From Lama glama (lineage: Eukaryota): a stretch of 64,000 nt of DNA. This document shows, in pieces, positions 26,351 through 40,191 of this stretch. Every line of letters begins with the position of its first letter. The first letter of the stretch is position 1. Under the pieces are notes generated by a model, which was not told the DNA's origin, did not search any database, and saw only the letters and a list, made by a program, of their open reading frames with translations. The stretch spans positions 49,044,001-49,108,000 of the forward strand of contig CM052816.1 of NCBI GenBank assembly GCA_028534125.1. The letters run 5' to 3'. The translations under genes were made by a program, and so were the position numbers.

Positions 26351-27449
26351 CTGTAGTTTAACTCATGCATAGAATTACAGAGAATGTACCCATAAAATCT
26401 TTCATGTTCCCTTATGTACCAAAAAAGGGATTTTCTGGGGATAATTGCCCAAGAATGTATTTCTAGGACATTAATATATGCTACTTAATTTCACCAAGTT
26501 CTGAATCTTTCTTTACTTTTTTTTAAGATCACATGAAATTGTTTATTTGTATTTTAATTGAATTATAGTTGTTTTATAATTGTTATCTCATTGTTACATT
26601 AATCTGAATTTCTATTATTCTGTATTTATTAGTTCAGTTTTAATTTAAATTGAATTTTCTAGTTTAGTTCTATTTCTCATTATACTTATATTCTTTGCTC
26701 AATTTCCTCTTGTTTTTCTGTCTCATTAGTTGTTTTGCAGTTCTTCCTAAATTCCTGATGCTAATCCCTTGTCGGTTATAGGTGTTGTAAATATCAAAGT
26801 CCAGGCTGTCACCCCATCTGTTAACTTTGTTTATGTGCTGCATTGAATAGAAATCCATGAATCTTAAGGTTTATACTTTGCATGTCTTTGATTTGAAAGA
26901 CTTAGAATATTTTCTCCACTCCAAATTTCCAAAGAGGACTTTTTAAAGTCACAGTGAAGAGAAAGAATAGATTTCTCTTCTCTTCATCCCTCAGTCAGCA
27001 TCCATAGCTTTATAAAGGCATCATGTTTACATCTTTAATTGTTCCAGCTATTCTTACACACAAACTGCTATCTATATGCAATAATCAGATTTCACCCCAA
27101 ACTCAAGACTTTGCCTTGTGCTATATTTTAGTGGTTAATTCCAGAGGATATATTAACTTGGAAAAATAGGCTGCTGCTAATGGGAAATCACATGAAAGTA
27201 CTATATTTTGTCACCAAATGGAGTTTATCTGTGAAGTCAGTGTAGATATTAATCAATGCCATAAAAATGAAAAAAAGATTAACAAAGTATTGTTGCTATT
27301 AGTTGTCACATATATGCAGATAACAGTGAGGTTTATAGTTCCAGAATTAACTGGTTTCCATATTCATTTTCATGTCATGTATCAAATATCAATCCATTGA
27401 TATTTCCATATAGATTTAAAGAATAAACCACTTAATGAAAGAGATATGG

Positions 27450-27585
27450 ACTTGATAGTTAAAAAGACTTGTGTCTGAGTACTGACTCTGCCACTGACTG
27501 AGTAACCTTGGACACGTGCACAAGTTATTTGAATTCTTTGATCCTTCAGTTCCCCATATATGAAACAAAGATACTGACAATAATT
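27450..27585 (+). mobile_element. MIR SINE fragment
   Basis: ctgactctgccactgactgagtaaccttggaca...cttcagttccccatatatgaaac. Confidence 0.7.
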
Positions 27586-28344
27586 AGTATGAAAAAAGTC
27601 ATTAGCAATTACAGTGACCCAGGTGTTTTGTTAAACCTTTAACATGAGATAGTGTCATCAGTTTTTATAGTAAACGGTAAAGTAAATTATGATTGCTTTT
27701 CAGAAACGAGAGAAGTTTTATGGAGACTAAATCACTTTCCACACAGTACTTGCAATAGCGTTAATTTAAAAAAAAAAAAGCAGTGAAGGAAAGATTCACA
27801 CCTACTTCTGCCTAACTCATTAGTTCATGGTTTTCAAAACCATGCTTCACTGTTACTCATTTTTAATATTAGATACTTCACTAACACCTAAATGTAACAG
27901 AATATTTCTAAAAACTACCCTCCACTGTCTCTCAGACCCTCAATTCCTGTCAATTGCTATTAAAGTGGTGTTACATTTATACAGCCTCACAACCTTGTAA
28001 ACATAGTCATGTATGGCTTCTCACTCTTCTTCAGGTACACTACCTAATCAGTAATCATCTCCTGGTTATTGTATCTAGAAATATTTATGTAATCCAATTT
28101 CAACATGAAGATACAACACCACATATTTTAGAAGTACCTCCAGTTGTTTACCCACGAGTCTTAGTTCTTCTACTTCTGGTTCATTCTGCACACTCAAATT
28201 TTAGAATTCTTAATACATCATTCATCATTTTACTCCATCTGCGAAACATTTGCTTTCTCTATCACGATACAACGTATTTTTAACTTCTGATACAGGCAAT
28301 AGAGGTTCTCAGTAATCCTAGCGTTATATATATATATTTATAAT

Positions 28345-29078
28345 CTTTTGTACAGCTGTGTTGAGTTATAATTCACATACCATAAATTTATCATTTTAAA
28401 CTGTAAAAACATGTGGTATTTAATATACACTTACAGAGTTGTACAACTATCACCAACTGTGTGGTTTTAGAATATCTTCATCACCCTAGAGAGAAACTTC
28501 ACAGCCATTAGCAGTCATTCTGTATTCCCCAGTCCCTCCAGCCCCTGGCAGCCACTAATCTATTTTCTGTCTCTATGTAGTTGCCTATTCTGGACATCTG
28601 ATATAAATAGAATCATAGAATATGTGGCATTTTGTGCTGGCTTCATTCTTTTATCATAATATTTTCAAAGTCCAGTCATGTTGTAGCATTTATACTTTAT
28701 TCTTTTTCATGGCCAAATAATATTCCATTGTATGTACATAACACATTGTGTTTATTCATTTATTGTTTGCATTTGCCTATTCATCATAAGGATTTAGGTT
28801 ATTTCCACTTTTTTGGCAGACATAAACTATATCACTGTTAGGATTTATGTACAAGTTTTTGTGTTGACGTATGTTTTCAATTCTTAGTGTATTTTTACCT
28901 AGCAGGAGAATTGCTAAGTCATATGGTAACTCTGTTTAACTTATAGATAAATTACCAAACTGTTTTGTAAAGCAATTACTCTATTCTACATTCCTACCAG
29001 CAGTGTCTGAGATATTCAATCTCCTTGTCTTCAATATACTTATTGTTGTTGTTGTTGTCGTCGTCATTGTTGTTGTTG

Positions 29079-29115
<37 letters not shown>

Positions 29116-30365
29116 AACAATCCTTGTAAATGTGACTGCATACCTTATTGTGATTTTGGTTTGACTTAATACAGTGACCAATAATGTTGAGCATCTATTC
29201 AGATGCTTATTGGTCATTTGTATATTTTCTTTGCAAAAATGTCTTTTCAAATCCTTTGCCCATTTTTACTTGAGTCATTTGTCCTGTTATTGTTGAATTG
29301 AAAGAACTTTTTATATCTTCTGGATACAAGTCCCTTATCAGATATATGATGTACAAATATTTTCTACCATTTGGTGGATTATCTTTTTAGATTTATGATG
29401 GTGCTTTGAAGCCCCAGAGTTTTAATTGTGATGAAGTTTACTTTAAATTTTTTTTAGTTGCTTGATACTTTGGTATCATATCTATAAAACTGTGGCCTGA
29501 CCCAAGGTTAAGAAGATTTATGCTTCTGTTTTCCTTTAAGGTTATTTTTGTTTGTTTTAGTTTTAGGTATTGTATTCAGGCCTTTGAGTTATTTTGAATA
29601 ATTTTGTGTATGATGTGAAGTAGCAGTTCAGCTTAACTCTTTGCATGTGATATCCACTTGTCTCACTGTCATTTGTTGAACAGAGTATTCTTTTTCCATT
29701 GAATTATTTTGCAACAGTTGTCCAAAAATGCCCATCAATAGAATCATTTGACTCTTATTTCTATTTAATTTATCTTTATAGCTATCCTTATGCCAATACA
29801 ATACAATTTCCATCACCATGGAGTTACAGTAAGTTTTGAAATTGAGAAATATGAGTCCTCCAATTTTGTTCTTCCTTTCCAAAATATTTTTCCTATTCTG
29901 CATCCCTTGCAGTTCCATGTGAATTTGATAATCAGCTTCTGAATTTCTACAAAAAAGTAACCTGGGATTATGATAGAGACTTCATTGAATCTGTGAATTA
30001 ATTTGGTAAGTATTGTTGTCTTAACAACATTCATTATTCCAATCTGTGATGAACGTATGATGTCTTTCCATTTATTTAGATCTCCATTAGTACATTTCAA
30101 GAATCTTTTATAGTTTTCAGTGTCAAAATTTTACAGTTTTCAGTGTCAAGTAAGGGGTAGGCTTACTTCTGAATAGTTTATCCTTTTTGATGCTATTGTA
30201 AATGAAATTATTTTCTTAATTTCAGGTTTTTCATTAATACTGTATACAAATAACAGTTGAGTTTTATGTCTTGATCTTGGATTCTGTAAAGTTTCTGAAC
30301 TCATTTATCATTTGTAATAATTTTTAGTGGATTTCTTATGGTTTTCTATACACAAGATTATACTC
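28345..30365 (-). mobile_element. L1MB-like LINE, 5'-truncated (~2 kb)
   Basis: 3'UTR ccagcccctggcagccactaatctattttctgtctctat; minus-strand ORFs 28981-29250, 29628-29918 and 29813-30100 are frameshifted ORF2p pieces (DLNKWKDI, NKIGGLIFLNFKTY, MKRHFCKENIQMTNKH). Confidence 0.9.
29040..29114. repeat. Compound trinucleotide microsatellite (GTT)n/(GTC)/(ATT)n inside L1
   Basis: Direct reading. Confidence 0.95.
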
Positions 30366-30569
30366 TTCTACTGCAGGGATTTAGCCATCTTGAGAGTCCT
30401 CGACAAGAGCCTAAAGAAATAAACACTTGTTAAACCAGGCAGTAATTCACATTGAGCATCTCTCGATATGAGACAACTATGGAAATGCAACTTGCATTTA
30501 ACCTATACACTCGTTAGGAATACCCAAACATGGTAACTCTCTCTGTAAATTAGTACAGCTTAGCATATA

Positions 30570-30785
30570 CACATTCACATTCATGCAGTAACTCTGAAGA
30601 GTCACTGTTTTGGAATATGGGAAAAACTTTGAACTTTCTCTGGGCCTAAGATTTTTCAACAGTAAAATCAGTATTAAAAATCTTGCTCTATTAAGTTTCT
30701 GTGTATACTAAAGTAAATGTTTATAAACTAGAGAAAGTATCTAGTACATTTCCTAGCTGCTATCTGGTACTTAAAAAATATCAAA
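30570..30785 (+). mobile_element. MIR SINE fragment
   Basis: ttgaactttctctgggcctaagatttttcaacagtaaaat...aaagtatctagtacatttcctag. Confidence 0.55.
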
Positions 30786-31330
30786 TACTTTGCCCTACAT
30801 ATCCTTTTCCAGAGAAAAGACGGTTAAATCTTTACAGCAGAGGAGTATTTATGTTGCAGGCTATAGTGTTCCTTTCCTTTCTTCTCACCTTCAATGTGAC
30901 CTGTATATGCTGGGCAATGCTGCTACTGGTTAAAAATTCTTATAATCATCTTCAGGAATGGAATCCATTCACCCATATACAACTTTATTCTCTTTCATCT
31001 ACTTGGTCAGCAATGCCTTTGAATATGATAATGCCTGGTGGGGTGAAGAGGTAGATGTAGATGACAATATTATAGATTTAAAACAAAAATGTCAAGAAAA
31101 TTCTCCTCCTGGTAAATGAATGAGTAAGAAAAATAATAGAAACTAATCTTCTAGAAAGAGAAGGGGGAAATCTTTGCTGATAAATAAGCACATCACTGTT
31201 TAAAGCTTTATTTAAATAAATAAGAAAATCTAGAAAAGAACTACAGAATCTCTTACACCTGATGTTCCCCAGGGACTATAAAGAAGTAAATGATCACTGT
31301 TAGGGAAAGGAACCCATGTATACTCTTGCA

Positions 31331-31359
31331 TGTGTATGTGTGTGTGTGTGTGTGTGTGT
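31331..31359. repeat. (TG)n microsatellite
   Basis: Direct reading. Confidence 0.95.
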
Positions 31360-34300
31360 TGGTGTAAATGAATGTTGCTGCACTCTAATTCACTAATTTG
31401 GAGAATAACATGAGATGAATTAAAGTGAAAAAGTATCTATTAAAAAGAAATAACATAAATGAAATCTATTTTCATCAACCATGAGGATCTAGTTCTGTAT
31501 TAGATATAGATACTATATCTAAAATATAAATTAGCTAATCAAAGATTATTCCTATGGGTTTACTTAATGAAAACTGTATGCCATACAAACTCAAGACTGC
31601 ATTACCACCCTCAAAATGACACTCTCCAATTACAAGACTTAGCTTTATAGTCTTTTAGTAATAATTTTCCTCAGCAAAAATCTAGCCTTAACAGTAAGGC
31701 AACATTGAAGGAGGAGGCTCCAAAATTCTTGACCTTCTTTCAAGCAATGTATAACAAAATGAATCAAAGTGGACTGCTATAGACATCACAGGATAAGCCA
31801 TATTCTTGTTGAATAAAGAGAACAACAACAAATCTATCCTCTTTCTCTCATCTGCTTCTTTTCATTGCTCTTATTAGAATAATGTTGTTCCAGCTGCATT
31901 CAGACTCTTAACTGCCTTTTCCAATGTGCTTATTTTTCTCTGCCTCTCAGTGGGAACCCCAAGACACATTTAGAGATGGGTTGCTTGTCCATGACTTTCT
32001 AACTTAAGATGATCAGAGTTTCAGGCAACTGAATCTTAATCTTCATCTCTTGATTATTTTGTTGTTTAAGCACAGACGTGTGCATGCACACATATTAAGT
32101 TATCCAAAAGAAAGTGAAATAATAAAGCAATCAAAATAAACAAAAATATAGCAACTATGGTGAAAGCTGAGAGCAAAGATAAATGCATTTTGAATCTTGA
32201 TGAAGTCATAAACATTTATCTGCCATGATTTACAAATACATAGCTCAAGAATTAGAAAAAAAGTGTTGCTAAAACATAACTATTCGTTCTGGTATCGTTC
32301 CTGTCTCCATTTATGAGCATTCAGATACCCATGAGAACAAAACAAAACAAAAAATCTTCCAAACTTGTAAACTTTTTAACCTAGCACAAGATTTAGGAAT
32401 AAGGGGTGAAAGTAGAGGTAGGAGAGAGTTGTGAATCTTTAATGCGAGCTTCAGTTCTTATCCTTTCAGTTTTATCCTTTTAATCAGTAATTTCTGGGCT
32501 TGGTAATAATATATGCATATGGAAAAGGACTAATTTATTTTCATGAAGACTATTAATAGTCTGCAAGAGAGATAAAAGTAATTAACTGTAACTTCCAGCC
32601 TTATAATAGCCATAAACTTATTAAACCTCTCCTCAGTAATATTTAGAGAATACCGATGCAGTATATCTTTGAAGATCAAGTTATACTGGACTTGCATGCA
32701 AATACTTAAGAAGTTAATTAAAATCTGAATTATTTTTTAACTCTGATTCTGGTTATACTCTAAAAATACATTTGAATTATTACTTAAGCATCCAATCTCT
32801 CCTTTTTTGCCTTATTAGCATTTCTGATTGTGTCTGTTTGGGGCCATCAAAATTCATTGCTACTACTAGAGACACTGGTATGGACTGCAAAGTTGGAGAA
32901 AAAGTGAATTTTAGTAGTTTCCACTTTTTTTCCAAATGATAAAATTAACAAATTACCCTTTTTCTGAGTGCCCTATTTTTATGTTGAAAGATGGCATATG
33001 ATGTTTTTTAAGATTGAGTGAAGCTGCTTCCATATTTTTACCCGTTTTCAGGGTAGTAAGAAGCAGATGGACTTGAAGCCTACAATCACAAGAGAATAAT
33101 TAATGGTTCTAGGTTTTTTCACTTGATGATCCTACAACTTGTTATGTTAAGTCTCTGCATTACTATCTATGTCTGTATTAGAATAAAATTAAGCATTTTC
33201 CAGATTATCCTGAAATATCGATACAGATGCATATACATGTAAGTTTAAAATAGTTTGCTTTCTTGATATAAAACACTGTAACACTTTAGGGTGACAGTAG
33301 GTCCCAAGGTACTTTCCATTCTACATGCAGCTCAGTCTACGGTACAGAAACAATCTATACTAGCAAATATTTGGATAGAGGTCAGTAATTAACATCTTAA
33401 AGATTTATGCTTTTATTTATGTGATTTCATTTATTAATATTTATTATAGTTAAGACAGCAAATTAATTAGCAATGGAACTGTATTTGCATTAAATCTAAA
33501 TATAGGCAAGTAAGATAACTTAGTAAATTCACATCCTTTTAAAATATTTTTTTCATTGAAGATATTTCTTGTGTATTTGCACATAATGAAACATCCTTAA
33601 AAGAAAACAAAAATTAATGACTGAATTATAAATGAGTAGTCTTAAGCTAAAACGATGTGTCTCTTTCATATCTTAGCTTGTTGAAAACTATTAGTAAACA
33701 TCCAGAACTGTATTAACACCTAAAAAGAAGTTAACACTGAAAAGAGAGGTATCTGCTAAATAAGACATTTCTGAATTTTCCAACATTAGTTATTGTCTGG
33801 TGTCAATTAAGTCAACCAACATTATTTGAGAACCTACCATGAGTTATTATTATGTTTGGTTCTGAAAATTTAAAGATAAGTGAGATGTTCTTACCCCTGT
33901 TTTTTTCTCCTATACATGGAAAGAAGGAATGAGGAACTAAAGGAAGAATTTTATCATTTTAATCTGGTCTGAATTAGCAGTAATTTTTCTCGTCTTGAAG
34001 GACAAGGTTCACATTATTGCCAAACTAATATGAGTTAGCCAATCACTTTATTTCACACATAAGAAAATTTATGCTCAGAGAGAGAGAGTAATGTTTTCAA
34101 GTTCACATCACTTGCTCTTTGTACAAGTCCAAAGTGAAAATCTCTTGCTTTCTACAGATTTCTAAGAGTCTTAAGCAAATATATAATTATAGGTGCTAGG
34201 AAAAGATACCTAGATATGGAAAAACTTGTTTCTTTCTCAGCTTCCTGACTTTTAAGCCTGCAAATAGTGCCTGAAAATGTTCTACCTTGACCATGACATC

Positions 34301-34419
34301 ATTTTGCTTGATGTTGGTTAAATATACATAGACAAAATTCAGTTCTGTTGTAAAAAATCCTGATTTCTTTCTTGCTTTCCTTCTTTCTCCTTTATTAGAA
34401 AAGCTTTTTCAATCTGTAT

Positions 34420-34580
34420 AAAGTAGTGCTTCTGAAACTTTAATGAGCATATAAATTACCTGGGCTACTAGTAAAATGCACGTTCTAATTCAGTAAGTCT
34501 GGTAAGGGACCTGAATTTGGTGATTTTGATAAATCCTTAGATAATGCTGTTACTGAATATCGGAACATCATTTTTTTACT
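34420..34580. mobile_element. MER5A-like hAT-Charlie MITE
   Basis: agtgcttctgaaactttaatgagcatataaattacctggg...taaaatgcacgttctaattcagtaagtctggtaagggacctga. Confidence 0.75.
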
Positions 34581-36892
34581 GAAAATCATGGCTTTGAAAG
34601 AGAAATATGATAGGCATTTGTTATTTCTCTTCCTTAAAGCCAGCTGGTCTTTCCACTGCTTGCAGAAATTTGGGATTTGGAATAGACCTTGAGGGACACT
34701 GCCTCAAAGCAATTAGTTAGATAATCAAGGCTTTTACATTGTTGTATAAAGAAACTCTTATGTAATACAAACTGAGAACAAAATCAGCCATTCACTTCTG
34801 TGTTTCCCTTTTCTCAGTGACTTATCAGGCTTTTGTCATTTATCTAAGATTGCATAGTCAATAAAAGGACAGAACATTTTCCAAGTATCAGTTCTGAAGT
34901 TCTGGATTATTTTCACATGAATAAACCCTAGGATTATGCCTTTGACTAATAATGTAACAATAGCTAAGACTTATTCAATCACTATGCATTTACTGAGCCC
35001 AGCTACCTGAGCTGCACTGACTTTATTGCTATATAAGCACAAAGAAACAACTGGTGGTGTCAGTGTGTCCAACAAGTCACAATAAAAAATACTCTGCCCA
35101 ATTGACCATGACTTAGAAATTTTATATTCATTTTCATACTTAGTAGTAAAATAATGCCATTTGTATATTCTCTGTCTTATTATAATAGCAATTGTAATAT
35201 ATATTATTGAGGTAATACTGATGGTGTGAATATAAATCTTGTAACATGTCCTCCTTGCCCCCCCCAAAATGAACGAAAAATAAGAAAAACAAATAAAACT
35301 ATAAATAGTCATGTTGTTAGCATAAATAAAAGACAGAACATCCTCAGTTCAGTTTTCCTTTAAGTGGAGAAATAAGGAGCATATCCTATCAAGCTACTGG
35401 CCATGTTTCAGCACTTGTGTTTATAGCAAGCAAGAACAATTTGAAAAAGAAATCAGCATTTCAAAGAACTCAAGAAGTATAACCAAGAATTTTATAAACA
35501 GCCAAACTTTTTCTATCAGGGTTACATAAAAGGATAAAATATCCAAGAGCTCAGGGAATTGTGCACCCATGAACCCTTCCAGAAGAATCTGTTAGAAGAT
35601 GAACATCATCCAACTAAGAAACAACAGGGACAATTGGGACAATTGCTGCAAAAGTAGAATAGTGGGCATTTTATATATTCTATTGTAGATGGATAATTAA
35701 AATTAATTTGTGATGAGAATGGAATAAAGCAAGATTTGTAATGTACTTCATTTGTTGTATATCTGACAATGTACTGCAAGAAATGAATGGAAGGAAATAG
35801 ATGGGGAAGAAAAACTTAGCATATGCATATTGATTATTGTACTGGTATTTGATATACCATTTAAGTATACTGTTATAAACAAAAAATTAGTAAAAGGTTA
35901 AATAAGAAAATAGACATTAAGAAAATGACATGAGAAATGTTTTTCATACAAAGGTAATCAGTAGAACAAAAGTAGAAGCCCACCTAAATGCCATAACAAA
36001 TTTAATAAGTAAAAAAGCAAAGAAAAATATTGCTTAGAGAAATAAATAGCAAATATATCAAAATATATAATATATGAAAATGTGACAAGGCAAATACATT
36101 ACTTATCAATAAATGTGAATAAACTAACTCACCCATTTAAAATATTTTCAATTTGGTTCACAAAGCAAGAAACAAATATATGTCTTAGAAGATCCACATT
36201 TAAAAAATGTTTCCCAAAAAGTTAAACTGGAAAAATAGACAGATGTATTCCAGGCAAATGGAAATCATAATAAAGCAAATGTAGCTTATCCTGATATCAA
36301 AGTAGAATGCAAAGCTAAAACTATTAATTATAAAAATAAGGGCATCATTTATGGCTCTAAGCCAGAATTCATAATGAAAATATAAAATTATAAAATTATA
36401 AATACCTTTGTATCAAATAACAACAGCAGTCTTTTTAAAGTAGAACAAAAGATGCAAGAAAACAAACACACTAATAACCTAAGAACCAAAAAACTTTTTT
36501 ATAGAATTGACAAGTTGACACTAAAATATATTTGGAAAAAGAATCATACAGAAGTAGACATAAAAACAATTTTAAAAAGAAAAATCTTTGAAGAGGAATA
36601 AACCTACAAGGGATTAAAATATGGACCCTTCAAATTAAAATAGCATGGATCTGACACATGAATAGACACGCAAACAAGGGAAATAGAATTACAAGTCCAG
36701 AATTACACTAAAAAAAGAAACTAGTATTTGATGAGGATGGCATCTCAAAGCTTTTGAGAAGCAATAGGCTTTTAATAAATATTATTGAGATAACTGGTTA
36801 GCCATTTGGCAAAGGATCAAATTAGTCCAAATCTCATACCATTCTAGAAGGATAAACATCAAAGAGCTCAGGGATCTAAATATAAAAATATA

Positions 36893-37412
36893 CCAGCCAT
36901 AAAAAAGAATGAAATATTGCCACTTAACCACAGCATGGAGGGACCTTAAGGGCATTATGCTAAGTGGAATAAAATAAGTCTGACAAAGAAAGACAAATAC
37001 CATATGATCTTACTTAGATATGAAATCTAAAAACAAAATAAATGAACAAACAAAACAAAACTCACAGAGGACAGAACAGTGGTTTCTATGATGGGAGGGC
37101 CTTGGAGAGTTCGCAGCATGGGTGAAGAGGGTCAAGAGGTACAAACTTTCTGTTATAAATTAAGTCATGGGGATATACTGCACAGCATGGTGACTATAGC
37201 TAATGATATTGCAATGCATTTTTGAAAGTTGCTGAAGGAGTACATCTTAAAAGTTCTCATCACATGGAAAAAAATTGTAAATTTGTACGGTGTTAGATGG
37301 TAACTAGACTTATTGTGGTGATCATTTTGCAGTATGTGCAAATATTGAATCATTGCATTTTACAACTGACATTAATATATTACTATATGTCACTTATATC
37401 TCAGGTTTTTAA
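36893..37412 (+). mobile_element. L1MA9/laurasiatherian-type L1 3' end nested in the older L1
   Basis: cagccataaaaaagaatgaaatattgcca...gggtcaagaggtacaaacttt...gaaagttgct...ttattgtggtgatcattttgca. Confidence 0.85.
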
Positions 37413-37599
37413 ATGCAAGTCTTAGAAGAAAACATAGGCGAATTCCTCCTTAGTTATGATGTGTAGAAGTGCTTTCTAACTATTGATAAAAATATAGATG
37501 CATAAAAGAAAAATTACTAAATTTTACTTAATGAAAATAAAATGCGTGCCCAAAAATGCTGTGGAAAAAAAAGAAAAGAAAATAGATACTAAAAAAATT

Positions 37600-38540
37600 T
37601 TAAAAACAAGCCACAAATTGGGAGTGAATATTGGCAGATAACATATCAAAAAAAGGACTCTTACCCAGAATATATAAAAGCTCTCCAAACTCAGTAGTAA
37701 GAAAAAAAATGATGCAATATAAAAAGGATCAGAGAATTGATATACTTCATCATGTAGGATATACTGGAAGCAATTAAGCATGTGAAACAAATTTGACATC
37801 CTTAGCTATTAAGAAAACACAAACTAAAGTCATAATGAGATACTATTCCACAAATATTAGAATGTTAAATGAAAAATACTGAGTACCAAGCGTGAGTGAG
37901 AATGCAGAGCAGCTGGAACTTCTGTAAACTGGTGATTGGTATGCAAAATAGTATGGTCATTTTGGACTTTAATGTGGCAGTTTCTTATGTAGTTAAACAT
38001 ATTGTTTAGATTCCCAGGATTTTCACTCCTGTGTATTTTCCCTAGAAAAATAAAAATCTATGTTCACATAAATACTTGTACCCAAATGTTTATAACAGCT
38101 CTATTAATAATCACCCAAACCTGGAAATAAAACAGATATTCTTCAGTGCCTGAATTGATAAACTGGGGCACACCTGTATAACAAAACACTAATCAGTAAT
38201 AAAATTGAATCAACTCAATGCACATATATCATTTAGATAAATCTTAAAGATATTAGACTGAGTGGTAGAAGCCAATTTCAAATTGTTACAAAATTTACGA
38301 CCCCTTTATAAAACATTCTCACAAATGCAAAACAATAGTTAGGAAGAATAGGTCAGAGGTTGCCAGGGATAGAGATAGGAGAGGTTGTGACTACATAGAG
38401 GCAGCACAAGGGAAATGTGGGGCTGGATGAAGATGTTGTATATTATGATATTGGTGCACAAATCTACACATATGTTCATATTCAAATAATTGTATACCAA
38501 AAATCTTTATTGTATGTTAATATAAAAAATAGAATAAATA
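37600..38540 (+). mobile_element. Second nested L1M (MC/MD-like) 3' end
   Basis: caagccacaaattgggag...aatctatgttcacataaatacttgta...aggttgccaggg...ctttattgtatgttaatataaaaaataga. Confidence 0.75.
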
Positions 38541-39517
38541 CTTGAAAACTGAGAATATATATGAAAGATATATCACACAAAAGTGCTAGTACTTATTGAT
38601 ACATAATTCTTAATATTCTTAGTTCATTAAAATTATTTTAAAATGACAAAAACTCAGAAAAATATGTAAAAGAAATGAAGATACTAACTACAAAATAGAT
38701 GCAAAAATGACCCTCAAACAAATGAAAAAGATGTTTAACTTCACAATAAAGGAAATGTTAATTAGAAGTAACTCAGATAACATTTATCACCAAATTGGCG
38801 AATTTGATATGTGTGACAAAATACTCTCTTAGTAAACATCTGGTGATAGGTACTGTAATTCACTACTATTAGAAATGCAAGTTGCTATAAATTTAAAAGG
38901 AATTTGGCAATATCTTATTAAACTACAGGTACACTTACCTTCGACCCAATATCTTTATAGAAATTCACCCTGATTTATACATCCAACATAAAAAATAAAT
39001 GTGTTCATGCTTATTCTTTACTGTATTGTTTGTAGTTACAAAACATTGGAAACAACTTACATACCCTTAACATAGAAGTGTAGTTGAATAAATTATGGTG
39101 CATCTACAAAAACAACAGTAGTATGGCAGCCATAAAAAATAATTAGAAAGATCTGTTTAAAGTGTAGTCCAGAATATATTGTTTGGTGAAAAAAGTGAAA
39201 TGCAAAAGAATATCTTCAATATAGCATTCTTTATGTGAAAAAGAATTTAAAAATATGCACATAATTTTGTGGTGTAAGGAGAAATACAGGAATGATAGAC
39301 CAGAAACTAAGGAGATATTTTTCTAGCCATGAGAGGATGGATGAGAATGGGATTTAAATAATGGAATGGTGCTTTTTGTATAGTTTGACCATTTGGGATA
39401 AAGCTACTCTTTCATTTACCCACAGAATGCCTCAGTAAAATCAACAAGGATGGCAAAAGTTTTAAGTAGCGTTATATGTAGAAAACATATAGTATATCTG
39501 ATAAATATTAAGATTTG

Positions 39518-40178
39518 TGCTGGGAAACAAGCTGCTGGAAAACAAGCCCACACCTAGATTTCCATGAGCTTAAAGTATTATATTCACACTCACTTGCTTA
39601 AAATGCACATGCTTGCTTTGTTTAAATGTTTTCTGCAGTAGATGACCTATAGCTCGTATAATGTTAAAGAAAATTTGTAAGGAGAAATCCTGAGATTGAC
39701 CATAAGTGCATGGAGGAGGGCAGATATTTCCTTAGGGTAAAACAATGGATGGTCCTGGAAAGCCACATAATCCATTAACAGAACTTTGTTCTGGCATGAA
39801 AACCTGCTATTTAACCGGAGGGAAGTATTTGCTATCTTGAGATATCCTGGAAGCAATAACAGGATAGACTTAGAAAATGTGCATACCCCAAGGAAGGTGA
39901 TTGTTCCTGGAAGGGATAGGCCTGAAATTAATCAGTTAACCAGCAAGCAGAGCTTAGTGCTTATTGTGTGGAATATCTAAAGCCCCACCTCTTTGATCAC
40001 AGTGTTTTCTGAGCTGTGTACTCCTAATAAATATGATGTCGACCAAGCTTTTGGCACTCTAGATCCATGAGATCTTGAGTTCCCTGGTCCCATCTTTACT
40101 CTTTACTTTGTCTCTTTGTTTCTTAAGTCTTGCGTTGCCCATTCTCAGATACTGTCCTGAGCTGTGCTGGGTGCAGCA
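39518..40178 (+). mobile_element. Solo LTR (661 bp) with 6-bp TSD; probably class II / ERVK-like and lineage-specific
   Basis: Termini TGCTG...CAGCA form an inverted repeat; TSD gatttg at 39512-39517 and 40179-40184; AATAAA at 40026-40031. Confidence 0.85.
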
Positions 40179-40191
40179 GATTTGTATTATA

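Larger units (their letters stand above)
35440..39400 (+). mobile_element. Ancient L1ME-like host element, interrupted by two younger L1 3' ends
   Basis: ORF2-like text (tcaataaatgtgaataaactaactcacccattt; aactggttagccatttggcaaaggatcaaattag) that resumes in register at ~37413 (aagtcttagaagaaaacatagg) and ~38545. Confidence 0.7.

Noticed and set aside
28981..29250. Poly-Ile/Thr and poly-Asn ORFs
   Set aside because: They are translations of the trinucleotide microsatellite inside a decayed L1.
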